In this document: positions 15,479 to 23,117 of the stretch, one piece after another
Numbering within the stretch: the stretch's first letter is position 1
Layout of the letters: each line of letters begins with the position of its first letter
DNA from: Bacteroidales bacterium
GTDB taxonomy: Bacteria; Bacteroidota; Bacteroidia; Bacteroidales; WCHB1-69
Assembly: GCA_017395245.1 (NCBI GenBank)
Contig: JAFPVR010000114.1
Location: forward strand, 645-64,644
DNA length: 64,000 nucleotides
Reading direction: 5' to 3'
Translations under genes and position numbers: made by a program
Notes under the pieces: generated by a model
Seen by the model: the letters and a program-made list of their open reading frames with translations, nothing else
Databases searched by the model: none
What the model was told of the DNA's origin: nothing

Positions 15479-16801
15479 GAAGCTGATACCAGCGTAATAT
15501 CGCACCACCCACGTCTTCAGAAACAGCTGCAACCGCGCGTTGAGGAGGTCGGCAACGGCGGTGAGGTGGTTGTCGGCAACGGTCTGGTAGTCAAGGGCGG
15601 AGATGAGGCCCTGTTCGAACTGGCGGACGCTCATGGCGTACAGCTGCTGCTGTAAGGCAGCGTGCTGCTGGGCTTGCTGGAGGGCAGCAGCGGCTCCGTC
15701 GCGGTCGGCAAGGGCGCGATGAATCTCGGCCTCAACGGTTTGCCGGGCCTGCGCGTATCGAGCTTCGGCACGGTCGCAGTCGTTGCGACGACGAGCAATC
15801 TCCGTCTGCCGCGACAGCCGGTTGTAGATCGGGATATTCAGCGAAAGCTGCACATACTCACCACCGTTGTTGGCAATCTGCTGTCCGTATGGGGCGGTCA
15901 CATAGTCCGTTCGACCAGGATAGGTGAAGTACGTAGAGGACCAGCCGCCATTCAGCGACAGCGAGGGTAGCAGCTGCCAGCGGGCGGTCTTGAGGGCGAG
16001 GCGGGCGGTCTGCCGCTCATTTTCGGCTATGATTACAGCGGGCAGACGATCTGCCGCCCGACTCACCTCCATCGTGTGCACCGCATCCGACAGCGACGTG
16101 TCCGCCTCCACATCCGTAACGGAAAACGGCTGTTCAGTCGGATATAACATAATGTCTTTCAACGTGATATAGGCATTCTGAAGCTGATTTTCACAGACGA
16201 TGTACTTGTATTTACGGTCGGAGAGTTCCGCCTCCATCTGTAGCACGTCCGCCTGCGACTTCTGCCCCAAATCTTTCTGTCGTTGTGCAAGCCGCAGAGC
16301 CGTCTCCGCTGTCTCCATCTGCGCCTGCACTGTCCTCGACAACTCCGTGAAATAGAGCACATTGCAGTAGGCTTCTATCGTGGCAAGCGTGATTTTGTCC
16401 TCCGTCTGCTGAATTCTCGTCACACCCGTCGCCTCCGCAATCTTCGTGATTTTCATGTTGTTGATTGCGCGAAAGCCGTTAAAGAGGGTGATACCTGCGG
16501 ATAGACTGTAGCCATTGTGGAAGGAGGTGGTGTTGCTGTAGGTATTGGTCTCAGGGTCAATGGAGCGCCCGAAGTTGGAATAGGCGTATGTATTGGCGTC
16601 AATCTCCGGGGTGAAAGCGTTGAGGATGGCGTTTCGGCGGGCCAGCTGCGCGTCCCCGAGGTCGGCCTGGAACACGCGCACCTCCGCTGAATGCGACAGC
16701 GCGTAACGTACGCAGTCGCGCAGGGTCATCATTGCCGTGTCCTGCGCGTGCGCCGCCCCGAACATCATCATCAACAGGATTATTATCGTTTTTTTGAACA
16801 T
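15467..16801 (-). CDS. TolC-family outer-membrane efflux protein
   Basis: ORF 15467..16831. Start moved to ATG 16801 (MFKKTIIILLMMMFGAAHAQ, signal peptide). Shows the repeated alpha-helical/beta-strand OEP pattern. Confidence 0.85.
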   Translation of the reverse strand: MFKKTIIILLMMMFGAAHAQDTAMMTLRDCVRYALSHSAEVRVFQADLGDAQLARRNAILNAFTPEIDANTYAYSNFGRSIDPETNTYSNTTSFHNGYSLSAGITLFNGFRAINNMKITKIAEATGVTRIQQTEDKITLATIEAYCNVLYFTELSRTVQAQMETAETALRLAQRQKDLGQKSQADVLQMEAELSDRKYKYIVCENQLQNAYITLKDIMLYPTEQPFSVTDVEADTSLSDAVHTMEVSRAADRLPAVIIAENERQTARLALKTARWQLLPSLSLNGGWSSTYFTYPGRTDYVTAPYGQQIANNGGEYVQLSLNIPIYNRLSRQTEIARRRNDCDRAEARYAQARQTVEAEIHRALADRDGAAAALQQAQQHAALQQQLYAMSVRQFEQGLISALDYQTVADNHLTAVADLLNARLQLFLKTWVVRYYAGISFNNL

Positions 16802-16825
16802 AGGATTTCCATTTGATGACAATGA

Positions 16826-16841
16826 TGCCAAAAGGATGCCA
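16826..16841 (-). promoter_or_regulatory. sigma-54-like -24/-12 element (TGGCATCCTTTTGGCA; GG-N10-GC spacing exact)
   Basis: 53 nt downstream of dyad pair C and 24 nt upstream of the tolC-like ATG at 16801. Confidence 0.45.
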
Positions 16842-16893
16842 AAAACATATCACACTGATTATCAAATAATCAGCAAAAACAGAAAAGAAAAAA

Positions 16894-16933
16894 GTGTAAG
16901 AAAAACTTACAGTATGTGTAATGGAATTTTACG
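16894..16933 (-). promoter_or_regulatory. paired dyads (C/T)GTAA-N7-TTACA x2 (site C)
   Basis: Gene-sense sequence is CGTAAAATTCCATTACA-CATAC-TGTAAGTTTTTCTTACAC. Confidence 0.5.
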
Positions 16934-16960
16934 ATGAATAGAAATAATTATCAGAATGGA

Positions 16961-17030
16961 CATTACATACTTCATTCATAATTCATAATTCTACATTCTT
17001 CATTCTACATTCCTAATTCTTAATTATCAG
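16961..17030 (-). repeat. 7-nt tandem array (~10 units; gene-sense NNGAATK) overlapping the EamA stop
   Basis: Plus strand: cattaca tacttca ttcataa ttcataa ttctaca ttcttca ttctaca ttcctaa ttcttaa ttatcag. Confidence 0.8.
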
Positions 17031-17885
17031 CAGCACCGCCGCCAAAATCAGCGCGATGCCCAGGACGAGGCGGGTGGTGAAGAGGCCGTCGAAGACGAAG
17101 ACGGAGATGCAGACAGCCGTGACGGGTTCGAGGGCGCCCATGATGGCCGTGGGGGTGGAGCCGGCGTTCTGGATGCCGATGTTGAGCATCGTCATGGCGA
17201 TGATGGTCGGCACAATGGCCACCATACATATCCAACCGAAGGCCGTCCAGCTCGGGATGGGCATGAGGTGACTGCCCGGCACGCAGAAGGAATAGATTCC
17301 GATGATAACCGCCGCAAAAGCCATGATGTAGAAGGTCATCTTGAAGGGCGGCATGGAGATGTGCGTGCGGTTCACCACGACGATATAGATGGCGTAGGTG
17401 AGCGAGGAAATCAGTACCAAAACGACGCCCCACAGCGACATTTTCACTTCACCATCGCCTTGATACAACAATAGTATTCCAATGACACTCAACACGATAG
17501 AGATTATCATCATCGGGGTGGTGCGCTCCTTGAAGAAGACCGCCATAATGACCGCCACCATCACGGGATAAGCGAACAAGATGGTAGAGGCGACCCCGGA
17601 ATCGAGGTGCTTGAACGAGGTATAGAGCGACAGTGCGGAGGCCGCGAAGAGCACCCCCAACGAGAGCAACACCTTGAACTCGTATTTCGTAATCTTGAAC
17701 GGCACTTTCTGCACTAACAAAATGATTGCCAATATGATAACCGCGAATGTAAACCGGTAAAATATCACGCTCGGCGGATTGAATCCCTCCTGGTACAAAA
17801 ACAACGCCCCCAACGGGTTGGTTCCGTACGCTATTGCCGCGATGATGCCGGCGATATATCCTTTTATCTTTGATTGTTCTGGCAT
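17013..17885 (-). CDS. EamA/DMT-family transporter
   Basis: 290 aa with about 10 predicted TM helices in the duplicated EamA arrangement. Confidence 0.8.
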   Translation of the reverse strand: MPEQSKIKGYIAGIIAAIAYGTNPLGALFLYQEGFNPPSVIFYRFTFAVIILAIILLVQKVPFKITKYEFKVLLSLGVLFAASALSLYTSFKHLDSGVASTILFAYPVMVAVIMAVFFKERTTPMMIISIVLSVIGILLLYQGDGEVKMSLWGVVLVLISSLTYAIYIVVVNRTHISMPPFKMTFYIMAFAAVIIGIYSFCVPGSHLMPIPSWTAFGWICMVAIVPTIIAMTMLNIGIQNAGSTPTAIMGALEPVTAVCISVFVFDGLFTTRLVLGIALILAAVLLIIKN

Positions 17886-17900
17886 AGTTTATTTGTTACC

Positions 17901-17975
17901 GCCCCACACTGCGGCTTCGCCTTGTGTGGGGTTATTTGCGCTCCGCGCGTTTTGCCTCTTCGAGGCTGCTCAAGG
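17901..17975 (-). repeat. structured 5'-leader repeat L4
   Basis: 16 nt before ATG 17885. Confidence 0.8.
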
Positions 17976-18023
17976 TATTATGTTTATTATAATTGTTGCT
18001 TTTCGGACCATCATTGTACATTG

Positions 18024-19337
18024 TTACGGGGCCATATTATAATATTCCTCCAGCATGTCGTCCTCCATTTGGGCGAGGGTAGCATTGATGTAGTGTTTCA
18101 GCAAGTACTTGTCGCCGTGGGTGTTGCAGATGCGGCGGAGGGCTTCGTTGACCTCGCGGACGGTGCCGACGCACTCGAAGGGCTTGATCTTGGAGAGGCC
18201 GGAGAGTTCGTCGAAGGTCTGCTCCAAGGTCGGGTCGTCGAGGAGGTCGTGGCCGAAAATCTCCTGCAGTTGGGCATCTGGAATAAATGGCGAGAGAATA
18301 ATGTACGCGAAGAGGCATTTCGGACAGTGACCGCACCACTTGTTTTCCTTGCTGCCGACATTGCAGCTCTTGAAAACGGGAAAATACTGAGGATATTGCG
18401 CGAAACGCTCGGCAATCTGCAGCTCGTTGAGCGGACGCAGGTGACTGTAATAGTGGTTACTATCGCCCATCCAGTCTTGGACGTAATCGCGGAAGTCGGT
18501 CTCGAACTCCAACGACTTGGAGTACTGGTGGTTGATGTAGGTACCGGGGATAGTCGGCTCGTTCGCGCTCGACTCGTTCGAGAGGGCCACGTCGCGGATG
18601 CCGGTAACCGCGCTCAGCAGCACCGAGTAGAAGGCTAACATCGCGGAGAACGGTGTGTGTCCGTTGAGGTAGCCGTTCGCGTTGAGTTCCAATAGTTTGC
18701 GGTCGATCTCGCGATGGAGAATCAGAATCTGCACCTCGCGGTCGAAGCCAGCCACACGAGCACAGTCGAGGGTCGCACCGCGCGGGTTGATGATGAACGG
18801 CACCACCTTGCGCGTACGACGGAGGTCCTCCAACGTCACCACGGAATCCTTGCCTCCGCCAATGGGAACAATCACGGAATCAGTGTCTTGCGCCTTCGGA
18901 TAAGTCAGCGCAGAAGAGGGCCTTGCATCCACTGGGAACACAAAGTTCAGGAACTGCAGATGGTCGGTCTCGATACTGTTCTTGTACATGAACTCTCCCA
19001 GCCCGTACCAGTAGAGTTTGCGCCACCACCATTGCTGATCCTCGTCCAGCGAATAGGGCTTGATGAGGATGGTGGGACAGCAGGCGCACTTCCAGTAGCT
19101 GATCAGCTCGATCATGCCAATATGGAAGATAACGCCTTCCAACTGCTTGAGGTCGAAGGTGTTCCAGTCGGGGGTATGCTCCCCGGCGGACAGCACCATC
19201 TTCGGGACGAAATGGATCTCCTCCCCTATCGAAAAATGGAAAACGAGGTGCAAGTCCCCGTTTTCGATGCCATATTGATACCCCTCATACGTAAATACGG
19301 GGTGCTTCTCGCGTAATTCGTCAAATTTTGCGTTCAT
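18024..19337 (-). CDS. PP-loop (adenine-nucleotide alpha-hydrolase)-like protein of unknown function
   Basis: 437 aa. Contains VPIGGGKDS (SGGxDS-type PP-loop) and a C-terminal CGHCPKC cysteine cluster. TACTTTTG box at 19386-19379. Confidence 0.55.
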   Translation of the reverse strand: MNAKFDELREKHPVFTYEGYQYGIENGDLHLVFHFSIGEEIHFVPKMVLSAGEHTPDWNTFDLKQLEGVIFHIGMIELISYWKCACCPTILIKPYSLDEDQQWWWRKLYWYGLGEFMYKNSIETDHLQFLNFVFPVDARPSSALTYPKAQDTDSVIVPIGGGKDSVVTLEDLRRTRKVVPFIINPRGATLDCARVAGFDREVQILILHREIDRKLLELNANGYLNGHTPFSAMLAFYSVLLSAVTGIRDVALSNESSANEPTIPGTYINHQYSKSLEFETDFRDYVQDWMGDSNHYYSHLRPLNELQIAERFAQYPQYFPVFKSCNVGSKENKWCGHCPKCLFAYIILSPFIPDAQLQEIFGHDLLDDPTLEQTFDELSGLSKIKPFECVGTVREVNEALRRICNTHGDKYLLKHYINATLAQMEDDMLEEYYNMAP

Positions 19338-19378
19338 TATACTTCTAATGAGTTATTTCCTATTTTGAGAATCAGCGG

Positions 19379-19386
19379 CAAAAGTA
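19379..19386 (-). promoter_or_regulatory. -7 box (TACTTTTG)
   Basis: 42 nt upstream of ATG 19337. Confidence 0.55.
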
Positions 19387-19410
19387 CTATTTTTTCGTAC
19401 ATGAAATGGA

Positions 19411-20049
19411 TTATGGAAGAATCGGGAAACATTTTCTGAACAATGTTGTATCTACGAATAATTCAACGATCTCATTCTGTTTTTCCTCATTAGGAAAAAG
19501 CGTGCTGGAAGACAACAAGTAGATACACTTATCATCTGCATCATAATATTTTGCATAAACACTACTTACCCGATAATTGCTATCCAAATGGACCCACAAC
19601 ATCGGATAGGATTTGAGGATGCTCATTAGGAAGAATGGCTTCTTCGTGTAAGTAAGCGTAATATTTTTTTCTATGGTCTTCATCATTTCCCTGTTTGTTT
19701 CACAACAATAATTCGTATCTTGATAGATACTGTCCATCACATGAATAATATCCGTTTCTTTTGTCATTTTAATATCAGAAACATTACGCGATTGTTTGCA
19801 AGTCAGATCATGGCAACCAAGATCACTACTAAAGGAGCACGGTTGACCTAACACCAAAACCACGCTATCAAGTGGCATTCCTATATAAATCCGCTCAATA
19901 TCGCAATATTGTATCGCATGCATGTTCGCATGGGTGTCTCTGCAAGAATCCATCATGACCAAAATCGGATAAAGTACCAATGCTATTAAATAAATACGTC
20001 GTACCTTTTTTGTGATTACCATTTTACTGTGCTTATAAACATACTTCAT
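19411..20049 (-). CDS. hypothetical protein (Cys-rich, possible lipoprotein; AT-rich gene)
   Basis: 212-aa ORF. Hydrophobic N-terminus ending ..LVMMDSC (lipobox-like). No family recognised. Lies in a markedly AT-rich islet. Confidence 0.45.
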   Translation of the reverse strand: MKYVYKHSKMVITKKVRRIYLIALVLYPILVMMDSCRDTHANMHAIQYCDIERIYIGMPLDSVVLVLGQPCSFSSDLGCHDLTCKQSRNVSDIKMTKETDIIHVMDSIYQDTNYCCETNREMMKTIEKNITLTYTKKPFFLMSILKSYPMLWVHLDSNYRVSSVYAKYYDADDKCIYLLSSSTLFPNEEKQNEIVELFVDTTLFRKCFPILP

Positions 20050-20241
20050 GCTAACGCCACATATCAGCGAATATTATGTTTGTGCACGTCATTTTTCAGA
20101 ACTCAACCGACCATTTCTTGCGGAAAGCCACTTCAAAAATTAACTATTCAAACTCGAATAGTTAAATTCAAAACATCAACACATTGGTTTCCAGAAACTA
20201 AAAAAAATCACAAAACTATTGACAAACGGGTCTTTTTGTTG

Positions 20242-20249
20242 TATATTTG
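20242..20249 (+). promoter_or_regulatory. -7 box (TATATTTG)
   Basis: 44 nt upstream of ATG 20293, with a TTG about 23 nt further upstream. Confidence 0.5.
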
Positions 20250-20292
20250 CAGTCTAAAATTTATTAAAACCACAAACGAAATTTTCAGTATT

Positions 20293-21030
20293 ATGGAAAT
20301 AAAAAGATTCGGTTACTACTGGTTAGACACTTGGGTGCTGGCAAACGTGATTCAACTGGCCACGCAGGAGTTTTGCATGCGGCACCTAAACCGCAAGAAC
20401 GACCCCTGCGGTCGCCAATACGACCAGATGACCCAAGCAGCACGCTCCGTACCCGCTAATATTGCAGAAGGTGGCTCCCGGCATTACACTTCAAGAGAGA
20501 CCGAGATGAAGCTCACAGACGTGGCTCGTGCAAGCCTCGCAGAGCTGGGCAATGACTTCCTAAACTGGCTTCTGTTAGGAGAGAATGTGCCGTGGTCGGT
20601 GAAATCGGAGGAACACCTAGCAGTTACGGCAATCCAACTTGACCGCCCCTCCTACAAAGATGACGTGCAGCATCTGAGCAGCATCCACATTTTGGCGCAA
20701 AAGCGGAAATTCGACAAATGGCTTCGTTCGGGGGATTCTATCGTGGAAGCAAACTGCCTGCTGGTCCTTTGCCACCGACTAATCCTGATGCTAAACAAAC
20801 AGCTGGCAAACCTGCTGGCTTCGTTCAAAGAAGAAGGCGGCTTTACCGAGACCCTGACCGCTGAACGACTCGCCTACAGGACAGCGCAAAGCATCAAAGC
20901 TGATGCGCCAAAATGCCCTAAATGCGGCAAGCCCATGATCAAACGCGTCGCCAAGAGGGGGCTTAACGCCGGAAACGAGTTCTGGAGCTGCAGCGGATAC
21001 CCAGATTGCAACGGGACGAGGAATATGTAA
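20293..21030 (+). CDS. four-helix-bundle (23S rRNA IVS / Avd-like family) protein fused to a topoisomerase-type C4 zinc ribbon
   Basis: The ORF-track start at 20029 is AT-rich read-through. The ATG at 20293 (MEIKRFGYYWLDTWVLANVIQLAT..ANIAEGGSR..) follows a TATATTTG box at 20242-20249. The C-terminus is CPKCGKPMIKR...FWSCSGYPDCNGT. Confidence 0.65.
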   Translation: MEIKRFGYYWLDTWVLANVIQLATQEFCMRHLNRKNDPCGRQYDQMTQAARSVPANIAEGGSRHYTSRETEMKLTDVARASLAELGNDFLNWLLLGENVPWSVKSEEHLAVTAIQLDRPSYKDDVQHLSSIHILAQKRKFDKWLRSGDSIVEANCLLVLCHRLILMLNKQLANLLASFKEEGGFTETLTAERLAYRTAQSIKADAPKCPKCGKPMIKRVAKRGLNAGNEFWSCSGYPDCNGTRNM

Positions 21031-21056
21031 GGTCGGGAAGTTGTTTATGTCGACAT

Positions 21057-21094
21057 GGTGACATGTCAACGTGTCAACACGTCGACATGTCACC
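21057..21094. terminator. long hairpin between convergent genes (20293..21030 and argS)
   Basis: GGTGACATGTCaACGTGT-ca-ACACGTcGACATGTCACC, built from TGTC(A/G)AC-type 8-mers, followed by A8 on the plus strand (T8 precedes it on the minus strand). Confidence 0.5.
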
Positions 21095-21114
21095 ATAAAA
21101 AAAACGACCCTACC

Positions 21115-22902
21115 TTACATCTTTTCCGGAACATCAACCCCTAACAGTCCCATCCCACTCCGCAGCACCAATGACACCCAGCGGGAAAGTTTAAGGCGCA
21201 AAAGGCGCTTTGCGGCGTCTTCTTCCTTGAAAATCGGAGTGTCCTGATAGAAGTGGTTGAATTGCTTGGCCAGGTCGTAGCAGTAGTTTGCGATGAGCGC
21301 GGGACTGAAGTTGTCACCGGCAACCGACACGGTCTTCGGGTATTGGTACAACAGGTTGATTAAGGTCTTTTCTTCCTCATTGAGAGCAATTTGCGGCAAC
21401 TTGGCGGCGAGGTCGATGCCGTTTTCCGCGCCCTTGCGCAGCATCGAGCGAATGCGGGCATGCGTATATTGGATAAACGGTGCCGTGTTGCCGTTGAAGT
21501 CGATGGATTCCGCCGGGTTGAAGAGCATATTTTTGGTCGGATCCACCTTGAGGATGAAGTACTTGAGAGCACCCAACCCGATCATCTCGTAGAGTTTGTC
21601 GGCCTCTTCGGGGGTGAACTGGAACTTGCCTAATGCCTCGGTGCTCTTCTTGGCCTCCTCGTACATGGCGTCCATGAGGTCGTCGGCATCCACTACCGTG
21701 CCCTCGCGGGACTTCATCTTGCCCGATGGCAGCTCCACCATCCCATAGGACAAATGGTAGATAAACCCACCGAAGGGCTTCTCCAACTTCTTGGACAACA
21801 CCAACTTGAGCACGTCGAAGTGGTAGTTCTGTTCGTTGCCGACCACATAGATCATCTTCTGCGGATGGAACTCTTCGTAACGCAGTTGCGCGGTACCCAA
21901 ATCCTGCGTCATATAGACAGAAGTGCCGTCTTTGCGCAACAATACCTTTTCGTCCAAACCTTCATCCGTGAGATCCACGCGCACAGAGCCGTCCTCATGT
22001 TTATAGAACGCGCCCTTGTCCAATCCCTCCTGCACCAGGCTCTTGCCCAACAGGTAAGTCTGGGACTCATAATACGTCTTGTCGAAGTGGATGCCCAAAC
22101 GTTCGTAAGTCTGGTCGAAGCCGGCATAGACCCATCCGTTCATCGTTGCCCACAATTCACGGACTTCCGGATCGCCCGCCTCCCACTTGCGAAGCATCTC
22201 ACGAGCCTCCAAAATCAGGGGAGCTTTGTCTTTCGCCTCGTCTTCCGAAAACCCTTGTTCAACAAGCTCTTTCTGTTCTTCTTTATAATGCTGGTCAAAA
22301 ACGACATAGTACTTGCCAACAAGGTGGTCTCCCTTCATGCCAGAGTTCTCGGGAGTCTCGCCATTGCCGTATTTCAACCACGCCAGCATCGACTTGCAGA
22401 TGTGGATACCGCGGTCGTTGACCAAGTTAACTTGTACTACAGGATGGCCGCACGCCTTCAAGATCTGCGACACGGAATGACCGAGCAGGTTGTTGCGGAT
22501 ATGTCCGAGGTGCAACGGCTTGTTGGTATTCGGCGACGAGTACTCAATCAGTACGGGGGCCTCATCGTAAGTCTCCAGCCGACCATAACCCTCATTATCA
22601 GACTCTTGCTCCAACAGTTGCAGCCAAAAATCCTCCTTGACTTGCAGGTTCAGATAGCCTTTCACCACGTTGAAATCTTGGATACAATCCAGATTTTCAA
22701 GCAGTTGCTGACCGATTTCCGCACCGAGCACGTCGGGCGACTTGCGGGCGGTCTTCACCCACGGGAACACCACGACGGTGAGGTCGCCGGTGAAACCTTT
22801 GCGGGTGGGCTGCACGAGATTCGCATCGGGTTCGATGTCAATGTTGTACAGGTTCTTTAGAGCGTTTTGTAACGCGATGGCGATTTGGGTCTCTAGTATC
22901 AT
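21115..22902 (-). CDS. argS: arginine--tRNA ligase
   Basis: 595 aa. Class-I HIGH region SSPNTNKPLHLGHIRN and the full-length ArgRS layout, ending ..PEKM. Confidence 0.95.
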   Translation of the reverse strand: MILETQIAIALQNALKNLYNIDIEPDANLVQPTRKGFTGDLTVVVFPWVKTARKSPDVLGAEIGQQLLENLDCIQDFNVVKGYLNLQVKEDFWLQLLEQESDNEGYGRLETYDEAPVLIEYSSPNTNKPLHLGHIRNNLLGHSVSQILKACGHPVVQVNLVNDRGIHICKSMLAWLKYGNGETPENSGMKGDHLVGKYYVVFDQHYKEEQKELVEQGFSEDEAKDKAPLILEAREMLRKWEAGDPEVRELWATMNGWVYAGFDQTYERLGIHFDKTYYESQTYLLGKSLVQEGLDKGAFYKHEDGSVRVDLTDEGLDEKVLLRKDGTSVYMTQDLGTAQLRYEEFHPQKMIYVVGNEQNYHFDVLKLVLSKKLEKPFGGFIYHLSYGMVELPSGKMKSREGTVVDADDLMDAMYEEAKKSTEALGKFQFTPEEADKLYEMIGLGALKYFILKVDPTKNMLFNPAESIDFNGNTAPFIQYTHARIRSMLRKGAENGIDLAAKLPQIALNEEEKTLINLLYQYPKTVSVAGDNFSPALIANYCYDLAKQFNHFYQDTPIFKEEDAAKRLLRLKLSRWVSLVLRSGMGLLGVDVPEKM

Positions 22903-22923
22903 TTTGATTATGGGTTATGGTGT

Positions 22924-23000
22924 GCCCCACACTGCGGCTTCGCCTTGTGTGGGGTTAATTGCGCTTCGCGCTTTTTGCCTCTTCGAGGCTGCTTAAGGAA
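22924..23000 (-). repeat. structured 5'-leader repeat L5 (archetype)
   Basis: Gene-sense sequence: TTCCTTAAGCAGCCTCGAAGAGGCAAAAAGCGCGAAGCGCAATTAACCCCACACAAGGCGAAGCCGCAGTGTGGGGC. 22 nt before the argS ATG at 22902. Confidence 0.85.
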
Positions 23001-23029
23001 TATGTTTAAATGTAGCTGGGTTAACGCAA

Positions 23030-23059
23030 TGTAGAGACGTGCCACGGCGCGTCTCTACA
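23030..23059 (-). repeat. GTAGAGACGC-family hairpin
   Basis: tGTAGAGACG...CGTCTCTACa, downstream of the FKBP stop (23118) and just before leader repeat L5. Confidence 0.6.
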
Positions 23060-23117
23060 CGTATTATATGGTTTGTTTGTTGTGGAGCCGCCATAATATG
23101 ACGGCTCTACGGGAAAA

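Noticed and set aside
16802-16831. N-terminal extensions in the ORF track (16831, 25442, 31247, 58519, 56136, 10434, 7089, 13651, 32485, 20029, 2858)
   Set aside because: Several begin at TTG or other non-ATG codons, or translate leader repeats and hairpins. Downstream ATGs give proper signal peptides or match paralogue N-termini and sit at sensible distances from TAnnTTTG boxes.
20293-21030. Possible diversity-generating retroelement, because the four-helix-bundle protein belongs to the Avd-like family and C-terminal lectin-like or variable surface proteins are nearby
   Set aside because: No reverse-transcriptase ORF is present in any frame, and I could find no template/variable repeat pair with adenine-specific differences. 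The protein is left as an orphan.
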